A stretch of DNA of 64,000 nt from an uncultured Nitrososphaerales archaeon (lineage in GTDB: Archaea; Thermoproteota; Nitrososphaeria; Nitrososphaerales; Gagatemarchaeaceae), in the NCBI GenBank assembly GCA_963706445.1, contig OY970160.1, positions 1,600,001 to 1,664,000 of the forward strand, read 5' to 3'. The notes under the pieces are model-generated. The model did no database searches. It had not been told where the DNA came from and saw nothing but the letters and a program-made list of their open reading frames with translations. Of the stretch, positions 1 through 9,724 are shown one piece after another; positions within the stretch are counted from its first letter, which is position 1; every line of letters begins with the position of its first letter. A program made the translations under genes and the position numbers.

Positions 1-383
1 AAGAAGCGGGCCTCGATTCCGAGTCTGTTCAGGGCTTTCACGATGTATTGTGAGCCTTCCTGAAACACCACTTGCGGAGACATGACAGCGTCTGACTTCT
101 TTAGGAACAAGCTCCAGTTCAGGTTACCTTCGTCGTGGTAGACGACACCTCCGCCGGTCGACCTCGTCAGGACTGGAATACCCATTTCCCTAGCGATGTC
201 CTCGTGATACCAACCGTATCTGCTGTTCTTGGCTTCGCCTCTGATGAGACAGGGAGAGTTCACCCAGAAGCGGGCAACTTCCGAAGAGCCCTTTTCGACT
301 TCTTCGAACAGTTCAGCTTCCCGTTTCAAATTGATGAGCGGGTCGCGGTTCTGGTCGAAGTAGACTAGAAGCTCTCTCGACAA
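1..383 (-). CDS. lplA: Lipoate-protein ligase A family protein, N-terminal part (runs off the window's left edge)
   Basis: Not in the ORF track. Manual minus-strand translation from TTG at 383 (alternative GTG at 398) gives MSRELLVYFDQNRDPLINL...PVLTRSTGGGVVYHDEGNLNWS, the RxxGGGxVYHDxGNLN motif of LplA/BPL ligases. Confidence 0.8.
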   Translation of the reverse strand, partial: MSRELLVYFDQNRDPLINLKREAELFEEVEKGSSEVARFWVNSPCLIRGEAKNSRYGWYHEDIAREMGIPVLTRSTGGGVVYHDEGNLNWSLFLKKSDAVMSPQVVFQEGSQYIVKALNRLGIEARF

Positions 384-468
384 GAGGATTATCGACACGG
401 CCGCTTCGATATTACTTATACGCCGAGTCTCTGGTCGTCCGATTGACAGCTTTGGTGGATGTCCTGAC

Positions 469-1689
469 CTAGGCAGACGGCCGGGCCAAGCCAATCTTCG
501 CTAGTCTGTAGATCAGGCCGATGGCGAGTATCGCCAGTCCTGCAAGGATGTTCTGAAGTGCAAGAGAGAAGGCGAGCCCAACGCACCCCACAAGGCCTGC
601 AAATGCTAGGAAACGGGGGAACGTCCTCTGCTCCTTACTCAGTCGTATGGTGGAGAGATTGGTCACTGTGTAGTAGAGGAGCGTCCCGAAGCTGGATATT
701 GCCACTGCGGCGCCGAATGGGGCGAACCCGGCGACCAGCATGGAGACGGCTCCCACGAGGAGCACGCTCCTCCAGGGGTTACTGTCCCCGCCGAGGCGGG
801 CCATGCCTGTCGGGAGGTCGGCTTTGCGGGCCATGGCGAATGCCACTCTGGACACCCCCAACAGGTCGGATACTCCTTCGTTGAATGTGGTAAGGAGCGC
901 TCCAGCTATCACTATGGTTACCCCCACCCCGCTCCCCACGGCCAGCATTGTGCTCTGTAGAGGAGAGGAAGAAGAGGAAACGCCGCTGGCGCCAAGGACC
1001 GCGAGCGCAGTGAACCCAACTCCGAGATACAAGAGGGTCGCAGTGCCAAGGGCCACGACAGTCGCCTTCGGAATCGTCCGCTTCGGGTCCCTGACCTCCT
1101 CGACAAGAGTGGCGATTCTGCTGTACCCTGTGAACGCGAAGAAGAGCAATGCGGTCGCCTGCAGTATCCCACCGATGCCACCGGGAGCGAATGGGGAGAG
1201 GTTGGAAGCATGCGCCGAGGGGAGGCCGATGATTATCACCGCAAGGAGTGATATGACCGAGAGCACGACGACGACGTCTGTGACCCGGACCGAGCGCCTG
1301 ATGCCGAGGGCGTTCAGAGTCGTCATGAGAAGGACTGCCCCGACGGCTGCGTCCCTAGCAGGGATGAAACCGACCACCGCATTCAGATAGGCCCCGAAGG
1401 CGAGTGCGATCACCCCCGGACCGACAGTGTTTGCCGTGAGGAACATCCACCCGGCGCCGAACCCCCACCAGGGGCCGAGCATCCGACCCCCGAATTCGTA
1501 GGTGCCCCCTGTCCTCGGGAAGATGGCCGCCAGCTGCGTCGAGGAAAGGGCGTTGCAGAAAGCGACGAATGCCGCGAGGACGAGAGAGATCAGGATGGAG
1601 GGTCCAGCGATAGCCGCGGCAGGTGCGATGACCGCGAATATTCCGGCGCCGAGGATGGCGGCGAGCCCGGTGGCAACGGCGTCGAACAT
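469..1689 (-). CDS. APC family amino acid permease
   Basis: About 12 hydrophobic segments and GAGIF and FFAFTGY motifs. The true start may be an in-frame CTG at 1713 (LNLKPQLGMFDAV). Confidence 0.85.
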   Translation of the reverse strand: MFDAVATGLAAILGAGIFAVIAPAAAIAGPSILISLVLAAFVAFCNALSSTQLAAIFPRTGGTYEFGGRMLGPWWGFGAGWMFLTANTVGPGVIALAFGAYLNAVVGFIPARDAAVGAVLLMTTLNALGIRRSVRVTDVVVVLSVISLLAVIIIGLPSAHASNLSPFAPGGIGGILQATALLFFAFTGYSRIATLVEEVRDPKRTIPKATVVALGTATLLYLGVGFTALAVLGASGVSSSSSPLQSTMLAVGSGVGVTIVIAGALLTTFNEGVSDLLGVSRVAFAMARKADLPTGMARLGGDSNPWRSVLLVGAVSMLVAGFAPFGAAVAISSFGTLLYYTVTNLSTIRLSKEQRTFPRFLAFAGLVGCVGLAFSLALQNILAGLAILAIGLIYRLAKIGLARPSA

Positions 1690-1756
1690 CCCGAGCTGTG
1701 GCTTCAGGTTCAGTGTGGACTTTGGGAGGCGACGGTTGGTTAATTACCATTGAGGG

Positions 1757-3934
1757 GTGGGTGGCTGGACAATGAGGCCTGGACGGCCTGACGCGATGAC
1801 GAGCTTCTTCGAGCCCAAAAGCGTGGCTGTGGCCGGCGCCTCGACAGACCCCGAAAAGCTCGGGTCGATCATATTCAGCAACCTGATCGCCAACCGGGAC
1901 AAGGGACTCCTCAGGGCCTCCGTGTTCGCGTTGAACCCGGCCTATGACCGCATCGGCTCGGAGCCATGTTACCGGGACATCGGTTCCCTGCCGTCAACCC
2001 CCGAGTTGCTGGTTGTAGCGGTTCCTGAATCCCACACGATTGGACTGATCAAGGACGCGGCCGAAGCCGGGGTCAAAGCCGCTATCGTCATCGCCGGAGG
2101 ATACTCCGAGGTTGGGAAGGGAGACGACGAGGCGAAGATTGGGAAGCTGGCCGCCAGACACGGCATGAGGATCCTCGGGCCGAACACCATTGGGCTGCTT
2201 GACACTAGGTCAGGGGTCGACTCCCTGTTCCTTCGCTCGACGAAAAAGCTCCCCAGCGGGACAGAGATAGTTTCCCGACTGAGCCCCCTCCCCGGAGGAG
2301 TGGCCGTGATTACCCAGAGCGGGCACCTGGGGGAGACGATTTCAGAGGAGCTGGCTGCGAACGGAGTCGGAGTAAGGGCAATCGTCGGCACAGGGAACCA
2401 GCTCGACGTGTCAGTGGAAGAGGTCATCGAGCACTTCGCCGATGATGAGCACACCAAGGTCGTGGTGGTCTACCTCGAGGGAGTGCGCGAGGGCCGTAGG
2501 TTCATGGAAGCCGCGTCCTATGCCTCGAAGAGGAAGCCGGTCGTCGTGTTCAAGGTCGGCAAGACGAGTGTCGGGGCCAGGGCCGCGCTTACCCACACTG
2601 CGTCATTGGTCGGGAATTATGCGGTGTACCGGGCGGCCTTCCGCCAGTCGGGGGTGGTTGAGGCAAACAATCTGCAGGAGCTTGTGGATTACTCGATTGC
2701 ACTCTCGATGCTTCCCAAGCCTGCGGGGAGAAGGCTGGTGATCGTGACCAACGCCGGTGGGGTCGGAGCTATCGCGGCGGATGAGGCGGGGAGGCTGGGA
2801 ATGGTGGTAGACCCGTTGGAACCCGAAGGGGTGCGGAGGGTTCGCTCAGAGTTCGGAGGGACTGGGTTCATCGTGAATGCTTCTCTCGGCAACCCCATCG
2901 ATCTGACGGCATCGGTGACCACGGATGAACTGGCAAGGGCGACGGAACTTGTCATTTCCTCCCCCCAATATGATCTTGGCTTGGTCCTCCCCACCCACCA
3001 GGCTCCTGGCATCGGTTTCGATGTAGCCGAGAAGCTGAGCCGGGCGGTCGCGAGAGCAGGGAAGCCCGTCTCCATGGCTGTTGTAGGGCAGTCTCCCTTC
3101 GCCGAAAAGATTCACAGTGAATTCATGTCGAGGGGCATTCCAAGCTATCCTACTCCGGAGAGGGCGGCTGGAGCTCTGGCGGCTTGCGTCGATTATGAGG
3201 AGCTTAGAAGGAATGCGAAGGCACCAGTCCGCGTCCCTAAGCAGACCGGCCAATCAGGCCAGGGTGGATCGCTGCCCCCTGACAAGGCGAGCAGATTGCT
3301 GGCGTCCTACGGAATCGGAGGGCCGAAGTCGGTCGTCGTCCGTTCTGCTAAGGATCTTGGGAGATTGAGGATGCTCCGATTCCCGGTGGCGTGCAAGTTG
3401 CAGGCAAGAGGGCTGCTGCACAAGACCGACGTCGGCGGGGTGGAGGTCGGCATCCGTACGACGTCTGAAGCGGCTTCTGCCTTCGCCAGGTTCGAAAAGG
3501 TGGCGAAGTCAAAGCAGATGAAGTTTGACGGTATGCTGGTTCAGGAAATGGTCCGAGGGACGGAGGTCATAATCGGAGGGACCCGCGACCCGACCTTCGG
3601 TCCGGTGGTCCTCGTAGGGCTCGGGGGCATATACACGGAATTGCTCCGGGACTTCGACCTCGCGGTCGCCCCGATTGACGAAAGGGACGCAAAGAGGTTG
3701 CTGAGCAGAGGGAGGCTGGGCCGTGCCCTCGAGGGTTACAGGGGAGGACCGAGGGTCGGACTCGGACGTCTGTCCAAGGCCATCGCGAATTTCTCGCGGA
3801 TACTTGCAGAGAACCCAGCAATCGAACAGATCGAGGTGAACCCGCTGATGGTGACGCAGAAGGCAGTCGTCTCAGTCGACGCGCGGGTCGTGCTGAAGGG
3901 GAGCTCGCGAGCGAGAAGCGTTGTCTCTCCCTAG
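1757..3934 (+). CDS. ADP-forming acetate/acyl-CoA synthetase, fused alpha-beta (AcdAB type)
   Basis: FFEPKSVAVAGAS CoA-binding start, GPNTIG, QSG, phospho-His motif ALTHTASL, TNAGG, NPIDL, and a C-terminal ATP-grasp domain (HKTDVGGV, DPTFGPVV, EVNPL). Confidence 0.9.
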   Translation: MGGWTMRPGRPDAMTSFFEPKSVAVAGASTDPEKLGSIIFSNLIANRDKGLLRASVFALNPAYDRIGSEPCYRDIGSLPSTPELLVVAVPESHTIGLIKDAAEAGVKAAIVIAGGYSEVGKGDDEAKIGKLAARHGMRILGPNTIGLLDTRSGVDSLFLRSTKKLPSGTEIVSRLSPLPGGVAVITQSGHLGETISEELAANGVGVRAIVGTGNQLDVSVEEVIEHFADDEHTKVVVVYLEGVREGRRFMEAASYASKRKPVVVFKVGKTSVGARAALTHTASLVGNYAVYRAAFRQSGVVEANNLQELVDYSIALSMLPKPAGRRLVIVTNAGGVGAIAADEAGRLGMVVDPLEPEGVRRVRSEFGGTGFIVNASLGNPIDLTASVTTDELARATELVISSPQYDLGLVLPTHQAPGIGFDVAEKLSRAVARAGKPVSMAVVGQSPFAEKIHSEFMSRGIPSYPTPERAAGALAACVDYEELRRNAKAPVRVPKQTGQSGQGGSLPPDKASRLLASYGIGGPKSVVVRSAKDLGRLRMLRFPVACKLQARGLLHKTDVGGVEVGIRTTSEAASAFARFEKVAKSKQMKFDGMLVQEMVRGTEVIIGGTRDPTFGPVVLVGLGGIYTELLRDFDLAVAPIDERDAKRLLSRGRLGRALEGYRGGPRVGLGRLSKAIANFSRILAENPAIEQIEVNPLMVTQKAVVSVDARVVLKGSSRARSVVSP

Positions 3935-4726
3935 CAGGTTGCTGTCTTCAAGGACCTCCATGAAATCTGACTTGCATTCGGCAACGAACTTCAGATAGCT
4001 CCTGTGACGGGCTAGCTGTAGGTCCCTGACCACCTTGGGTGTGACTTCGGTGCCCTGTCCCTGAAGATAGGAGACCGTTATGTCGAAGTCGTGGACTGCG
4101 CCTAGCGCCTCCTGCCATTTGGTCAGGATGGGCAACTCAGGTTCGCCGTCGTCCATGAGCTCCATAAAGTACCTCAGTTTCTTGACTTCCTTGCGGAGCG
4201 AGTGGAGCTCCTCGACCTTCGATTCATCTCTGACCACCTGATTCAGCAAATCGACGGCGACCCTGGAACGCTTCCGTAGGACCCGCCCGAGTCTTCTCGA
4301 GAGCTGCTTCTTCCCTAGCACAGATGGATCCAGCTCAGGAGTGGGCGCGTCAGAAAGCAGTTCTGTGGCAGCTTTAGCCCTGGCGGCTGCGTCGCTTCTT
4401 TGGTTCTGAAGGGTGACGAGCAGGTCGGCCGGGAGATTCCCTTGGTGCTCCAGGGTGTCCACCAGAGTGTCGAGGTCTCGGAGTTGGGACGTCGTCTTCA
4501 GCACAGACTTCAAGACCAGGTCGTAGTGCTTCGATGTTTGGGACATCCTGATTGTGCGTGGGAGCAGCCTTCGCATTATCTGGATTCGGCGTATTGTGAC
4601 CCTGAGGTCGTGTATCTCGTCGGGAGAAGGACGGTCGGGGAGTGTGCTGGCTAGGTCGGCGAGAGCCTTGGCTCTGGCCTTGTACCTCTTCTCAAAAGTC
4701 TTGGGCTTGACCCTGACCGCTGCCAT
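3872..4726 (-). CDS. CHAD domain protein (polyphosphate-binding)
   Basis: Repeated CHAD motifs IHDLRVTIRR / RDLD and LHSLRKEVKKLRY / QEALGAVHD. Start taken as ATG at 4726. Confidence 0.88.
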   Translation of the reverse strand: MAAVRVKPKTFEKRYKARAKALADLASTLPDRPSPDEIHDLRVTIRRIQIMRRLLPRTIRMSQTSKHYDLVLKSVLKTTSQLRDLDTLVDTLEHQGNLPADLLVTLQNQRSDAAARAKAATELLSDAPTPELDPSVLGKKQLSRRLGRVLRKRSRVAVDLLNQVVRDESKVEELHSLRKEVKKLRYFMELMDDGEPELPILTKWQEALGAVHDFDITVSYLQGQGTEVTPKVVRDLQLARHRSYLKFVAECKSDFMEVLEDSNLLGRDNASRSRAPLQHDPRVD

Positions 4727-4860
4727 GTTGGCTCCCAGAACGAGCAGGGAGAAAAAGGGATTGCTCCTCGGCCGGGCGTCCATATAGAATCATGTGGGCA
4801 CAATATCGTTCATAGACCGACCTGAAATACAGGTTGTCGAAGTAGCGAGCGCAGGGGAGC

Positions 4861-5370
4861 ATGGAAGTATATCTTTTGAGACATGGTGAAGCTGGAAAGA
4901 GGGTCCCAGCCGGCGCGAAGGACACTGAGCGGGCCCTCACTGTCGCCGGGCGAGGAGAGATCGAGGAGGTCGGGCTCGGCATGGCTGCTTTGGGGTTGAA
5001 GTTCGATGTCATAGCGACCAGCCCCCTGAAGAGGGCCGAGGAGACGGCGGCCATAGTAGGCAAGATGCTAAGGCAGAAGGGCCTGATCGAAGCGTGGTCG
5101 GAACTCAGGCCAGAGGCCAACCGGAACCTGTTCTACCGGAGGCTTGGCAAACTGAAGCCAGGCTCGAATGTGCTCTGTGTGGGACATGAGCCCTACCTCT
5201 CGAGCGCAATAGGTGACGTCACAGGCAGGGGGGGTGAGGGGGCGGCCGGGTTCAGGATGGTGATGAGGAAGGGAGGTTTGGCAAGGCTGACGGTAACTGG
5301 CTTCGTTCCAAGGATTACCGGCGAGCTTCGCTGGCTGCTTACGCCGAAACTGCTCAGGAAGCTGGCCTAG
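4861..5370 (+). CDS. sixA: Phosphohistidine phosphatase SixA
   Basis: LLRHGEA, R.LT..G, TSPLKRAEETA and VGHEP motifs. Confidence 0.9.
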   Translation: MEVYLLRHGEAGKRVPAGAKDTERALTVAGRGEIEEVGLGMAALGLKFDVIATSPLKRAEETAAIVGKMLRQKGLIEAWSELRPEANRNLFYRRLGKLKPGSNVLCVGHEPYLSSAIGDVTGRGGEGAAGFRMVMRKGGLARLTVTGFVPRITGELRWLLTPKLLRKLA

Positions 5371-5422
5371 CTGCGCACGACGCGTGAAAGTCTTAAGCGG
5401 TTGAAGGGACAGTGGTGAGAAG

Positions 5423-6937
5423 ATGAAGGTCGCGGTAATCGATGTGGGCTTCAACTCCCTGAAAATGGTCAGGTACAAGGTAGAGCCTGGAGGGTCGGCG
5501 AAGTCCTACGGCCAGCTGGGGGCCATGGCCAAACTGGGAGAGGGGCTTGAAAGGACAGGTTATCTTGGTAACGAACCAATCTCCAGGACCATTGACGCCC
5601 TGAGGCTCTGCAGAGAGACCGCGTCGCTTGAGAACATCAAACATGTGCTGTTGATTGGGACCAGCCCCGTGAGGGAGGCTGCCAACAGGGAGGAGTTCCT
5701 CAAGCGGGTCCAGGAGGAAACGGGAATGAAAATGCGAGTGCTTTCTGGAAACGAGGAGGCGCTTTACGGGCTGCTGGGGTCCCTGAGGGCCGTCGGCGCT
5801 CCGAGCGTTCTTTTCTTCGACCTGGGAGGAGGGAGCCTCGAGTTGACATACGCTGAGAAGTTCAAGATTAGGAAGATCATGTCTCTCCCTCTCGGGGTGC
5901 TCAAGCTCACCTCAGCGTACGCAGGCAAGGATGGGAAATTTACGAAGAAGGACAGGGCCAAGATGGCCAAGCAGATCCTCCAGGCGCTCCCCTCGAAAAG
6001 AGAGCTAGACCTCGACAGGGATACAGTGCTCGTGGGAACCGGAGGGACCGTCAGAGCCATGGCGAGGTTTGACCAGGATTCGATTGACTACCCGTTTGAC
6101 AAGGTCCACAACTACTCTATTCCAGCCGAGTCTGTCCAGCAGATGAGTCGTGAGTTCTTCAAGCTGAAGGTTGCGGAGCTCAACAGGATTGAGGCCATCG
6201 GCGAAGGGAGATCTGAGACCATCGCGGTTGGGGCGCTGATGGTGAAGTTGTTGATGAAGAAGCTTGGATTCGCTGAGGTCACGGTGAGCACTCATGGCCT
6301 AAGGGATGGGATACTGTCGGAGTTCCTCGAAGGAGGCCTGCGGACGAACAACGGAGTGCTACAGAAAGAGGATGTTGAACGCCTGGTGTCCCGGCCCATC
6401 CAACCGCCTGGATTGGAAGACCATGCCGACTTGCTCGACTGCCTCCTGAGAAACGGCCTTGTGGACGACAGGCAGAGACAGATCCTCTTGACGGCCGCCT
6501 GGAGGGGGATGTCCCCCGACTGCTCTGATGCGGACCCTGACGCCGTCTTCGGGACCCTCATGAGCGAGGACCTTCCCATGGGCCATGAGGACCAGCTGCT
6601 AATGGCGATTTCAGTGGTGAGAGCACGGCGGCCAAGGACGGCGAACTGGCTCGTCAGGGAGTATGAAGGGGCCCTGGCCCATGATGCCAGGACGGTGAAG
6701 AAGCTGGGAGCCTGTCTGAGGCTGATGGAGGTGCTGGACCGCTCGAAGGCGCAGTTCAGGATTGCCTATTCCGGTGGGCTTAGGGTGAGCATCATACAGA
6801 ACGAGGGGCCCTTCCCCCTCGAGCTTGCCAGGATGGCCGCCCTGGGGCTCTCGAGCGCCATCAAGAAGCCCGTGACAATTTTCGTGAGCGCCAAGGAAAG
6901 GGAGCGTCACGCAGGGCTGGTAAAGGTGGGGAACTGA
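5423..6937 (+). CDS. ppx: Ppx/GppA family exopolyphosphatase
   Basis: AVIDVGFNS, REAAN, LSGNEEA, DLGGGSLEL, GTGGTVRA and GLRDG motifs, plus a degenerate C-terminal HD-like region. Confidence 0.9.
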   Translation: MKVAVIDVGFNSLKMVRYKVEPGGSAKSYGQLGAMAKLGEGLERTGYLGNEPISRTIDALRLCRETASLENIKHVLLIGTSPVREAANREEFLKRVQEETGMKMRVLSGNEEALYGLLGSLRAVGAPSVLFFDLGGGSLELTYAEKFKIRKIMSLPLGVLKLTSAYAGKDGKFTKKDRAKMAKQILQALPSKRELDLDRDTVLVGTGGTVRAMARFDQDSIDYPFDKVHNYSIPAESVQQMSREFFKLKVAELNRIEAIGEGRSETIAVGALMVKLLMKKLGFAEVTVSTHGLRDGILSEFLEGGLRTNNGVLQKEDVERLVSRPIQPPGLEDHADLLDCLLRNGLVDDRQRQILLTAAWRGMSPDCSDADPDAVFGTLMSEDLPMGHEDQLLMAISVVRARRPRTANWLVREYEGALAHDARTVKKLGACLRLMEVLDRSKAQFRIAYSGGLRVSIIQNEGPFPLELARMAALGLSSAIKKPVTIFVSAKERERHAGLVKVGN

Positions 6938-6938
6938 G

Positions 6939-7667
6939 ATGGCCAGGGTCGGATCACGATTGACGGGGAAGTCTCTTCGCAAGGGGAAGCTCATCGTGGT
7001 GGAGGGGATAGACGGCTCGGGCAAGTCGACGCAGATGCACCTGCTCGACAAATGGTTGAGGAGCCTGGGCCTGAACGTTTTCTTCACGGAGTGGAACTCG
7101 TCGGATGTGGTGAAGGAGATTACTTCCAAGGGCAAGAAGAAGGCACTCCTTACCCCGACGACCTTCAGTCTGCTCCACGCCACTGACTTCGCGGACAGGT
7201 ACGAGCGGAACATCTCTCCCCTGCTCGAGGCGGGCTACTTCGTGCTGGCTGACCGGTACATCTACACTGCCTTCGCGAGGGACGTGGTCAGAGGGTGCAC
7301 GCCGACCTGGGTGAGGAAGGTCTACTCGTTCGCTGAGGTCCCCGACGTGACGTTCTACTTCCGGGTCTCGCCCGACGTCGCCATGGACAGGATACTTGAG
7401 GGGCGCCCCAAGCTGAAGTACTATGAGGCGGGGATGGACCTCAACCTCAGCAACGACGAATACGAAAGCTACAGGATATTCCAAACGAGGATAGTCGAGC
7501 AATACGAGTCAATGACCCAGAAGGACAAGTTCGCCATTATCGACGGGACCTTGGACATCGAGGATCAGCAGGACAGGATGAGGCGCCAGGTGATGAAGTT
7601 CATCCCACAGTCCAAGCTGAGGCCCCCCGTCGAGCTGACCCGCGGCCAGGAGGCCAAGGTGGTATGA
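6939..7667 (+). CDS. Thymidylate-kinase-like protein; probable catalytic subunit of a family-3 polyphosphate kinase
   Basis: Intact P-loop EGIDGSGKST and LADRY motif; directly follows ppx and precedes a paralog. Confidence 0.75.
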   Translation: MARVGSRLTGKSLRKGKLIVVEGIDGSGKSTQMHLLDKWLRSLGLNVFFTEWNSSDVVKEITSKGKKKALLTPTTFSLLHATDFADRYERNISPLLEAGYFVLADRYIYTAFARDVVRGCTPTWVRKVYSFAEVPDVTFYFRVSPDVAMDRILEGRPKLKYYEAGMDLNLSNDEYESYRIFQTRIVEQYESMTQKDKFAIIDGTLDIEDQQDRMRRQVMKFIPQSKLRPPVELTRGQEAKVV

Positions 7668-8380
7668 CCCAGCAGCTGGCGGCCCGTCCTCTGACGTACT
7701 ATGGCGAGGGAATATCCTACCTGAAGCGCCTCGAATCAAAAGGGAGCCTCATCGTCGTCGAAGGCCCCGACGGCTCGGGGAGGAGCAGCCAGATCGACCT
7801 CATCACAAGCCATCTGGAGGCCGCGGGGCACGCAGTGATCACCACGGGGCTGAAGCGCTCCGAGCTCATCGGGGCGGGCATCTTGGAGGCGAAACACAAG
7901 CTCCCCCTGGGGAAGAAGACCCTCGCTCTGTTCTATGCGGCCGACTTCGCCGACCAGTTAGAGCACAAGATAATCCCGGCCCTGCACGCGGGGTACGTCG
8001 TCCTTGCTGACCGGTACATCTTCACCCTGATGGCAAGGAACAGCGTCAGGGGGATAAGCAGGGCCTGGTCCCATGACCTCTATGGCTTCGCCATCAAGCC
8101 CGATTTGGTCTTCTACCTTGACGTCCCACCCGAGGAGCTTTTCCACAGAGTGTTCCAAAAGTATGGCTCGCTCGACTATTACGAGTCGGGAGCCGACATG
8201 GGGCTCTCGGACGACCTCTTCGAGTCGTTCGTGATGTACCAGAGGGGGATCGCCAAGGAGTTCAGGCTGATGGAAACGAAGTATGGGATAGTGAGGATGG
8301 ACGGAGGCAGGATGATTCCCGAAGTCTACGTCGACCTTCAGAAGAGAATCGACGCGTACCTCAAGGGCCTCCGCAAGTAG
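7664..8380 (+). CDS. Second thymidylate-kinase-like paralog; probable non-catalytic/regulatory subunit of a family-3 polyphosphate kinase
   Basis: Degenerate P-loop EGPDGSGRSS (K to R), LADRY, and YYESGADMGLS shared with the paralog; ATGA overlap with the upstream gene. Confidence 0.75.
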   Translation: MTQQLAARPLTYYGEGISYLKRLESKGSLIVVEGPDGSGRSSQIDLITSHLEAAGHAVITTGLKRSELIGAGILEAKHKLPLGKKTLALFYAADFADQLEHKIIPALHAGYVVLADRYIFTLMARNSVRGISRAWSHDLYGFAIKPDLVFYLDVPPEELFHRVFQKYGSLDYYESGADMGLSDDLFESFVMYQRGIAKEFRLMETKYGIVRMDGGRMIPEVYVDLQKRIDAYLKGLRK

Positions 8381-8384
8381 TCTG

Positions 8385-9632
8385 TTACTGCAGGTCTGAG
8401 AGCCTGGCTGCGGCCAGGGGGATTGTCATCTCGTCCACGGTAAGGCCCCCGTGGTGCCCTCGGAGATTCAGCGGGTCGCCCCGCGGATACCTGTACCAGA
8501 CAGTCTTGGTGCCGTGTGGGAGGATCATCAGGTTTCCTATCCTCCTCCTGAACCTCCGGCTTGGCTTGTTGATGCCGAAGAGCCCCTGCTCAATCCCTTC
8601 CTCGGTGGTCAGCACACTAGCAGTCCCCTTGAGCTTCTGCTCGAGATACTTCCTAGTTGCATCCAATTTCGAGCCCTCGACCTTGAGGTACGCGTCTCTG
8701 GCGCTCCCCCAGGGAGGGATGACCTCGCCGGAGGGAGACCGTTCGAGGGCGTTGACCAGCTTCTTCCACCGATTCATGTAGACAGTCTTCTCAGGGTCCA
8801 CCTGCACTTGGCCGTGGTCTGCGGTCACAAGAATCATCGTCCTTCTTGCCGCGTCTTTGGAGAGCTTGGCGAGGAATCCCTCCTGAAAGGCGTGGGAGAT
8901 GAGCGAAGCCTCGACCTCGGCCTCGTCGGTGTTGGGGCCGTAGACGTGTTCGATTGTGTCCACGTAGCTCCAGTAGGCGTAGAAGAAATTGCGTCTGCTT
9001 GACCGCTCGATCAGGCGCCTTAGGGAAACGGTGAGGTCTGAGGCCGCCCCGTATGGAAGGACGTCGCTCCCGCCCCTGGAGACCGCAGAGTAGGCGCTGA
9101 ATGCCAGCGCCCTATTGGTGAGGGAGGTACACTTGACCCCAGCATTCGAGAGCTTGTGGAAAATCGTCTTCCCTTCGATAAGCGCCTTGGGGCTCATCTC
9201 TCCTTCGAGGGTGTCCCTGCCCCTGTCCCCCACCCTTGTGAAGGGGAGAGTGACGATGATGTCCCCGATCTCTTCCATGTAGACGTACCACTCGGGAAGC
9301 CCGTGCTCCTGGGGTGTCAGCCCGGTGCTGACTGTCGTAAGGGCGGCGGCAGTCGTCGAAGGGAAGACTGTGGTGATGGGCCTGACGCTTCCCTTCCTCG
9401 AGAGTTCGCCGAAGAACCCTTTGTCTTCCTGACGCCTCCATTCGTTGTATCCGAGGCCGTCGCAGAGGAGCAGAATTACGTTGTCAATCTCTGAGGTGTC
9501 AATCCCCCCTAGGGCGTCTTTGGGGAGGGTCGGACGTTCCTCGTTCACGCCGAACACCGACATGATGGTCGAGGGGACGTTAGACAAACAGTATCCGGAG
9601 TAGTCAGGTTTTACGGCGCCAGGAGGGAGCAA
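8385..9632 (-). CDS. Alkaline phosphatase superfamily nucleotide pyrophosphatase/phosphodiesterase
   Basis: LLCDGLG, TVFPSTT (catalytic Thr), DTIEHVYG, TADHG and GHHGG metal-binding motifs. Confidence 0.88.
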   Translation of the reverse strand: MLPPGAVKPDYSGYCLSNVPSTIMSVFGVNEERPTLPKDALGGIDTSEIDNVILLLCDGLGYNEWRRQEDKGFFGELSRKGSVRPITTVFPSTTAAALTTVSTGLTPQEHGLPEWYVYMEEIGDIIVTLPFTRVGDRGRDTLEGEMSPKALIEGKTIFHKLSNAGVKCTSLTNRALAFSAYSAVSRGGSDVLPYGAASDLTVSLRRLIERSSRRNFFYAYWSYVDTIEHVYGPNTDEAEVEASLISHAFQEGFLAKLSKDAARRTMILVTADHGQVQVDPEKTVYMNRWKKLVNALERSPSGEVIPPWGSARDAYLKVEGSKLDATRKYLEQKLKGTASVLTTEEGIEQGLFGINKPSRRFRRRIGNLMILPHGTKTVWYRYPRGDPLNLRGHHGGLTVDEMTIPLAAARLSDLQ

Positions 9633-9724
9633 CAGGCTGGTCGGGATTCTTCCTCAGATATGTCTTGTCAGATTCGCCGCCGCCCCTGTGTGGGGAAGCG
9701 ATATAACACGCCAGCGACGCTCCG

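Noticed and set aside
135-368. Plus-strand 77-aa ORF
   Set aside because: It is antisense to the lipoate ligase gene, which carries clear family motifs.
6939-8380. Simple duplication of housekeeping thymidylate kinase
   Set aside because: Operon context with ppx/sixA/CHAD and the degenerate P-loop in the second copy argue against it.
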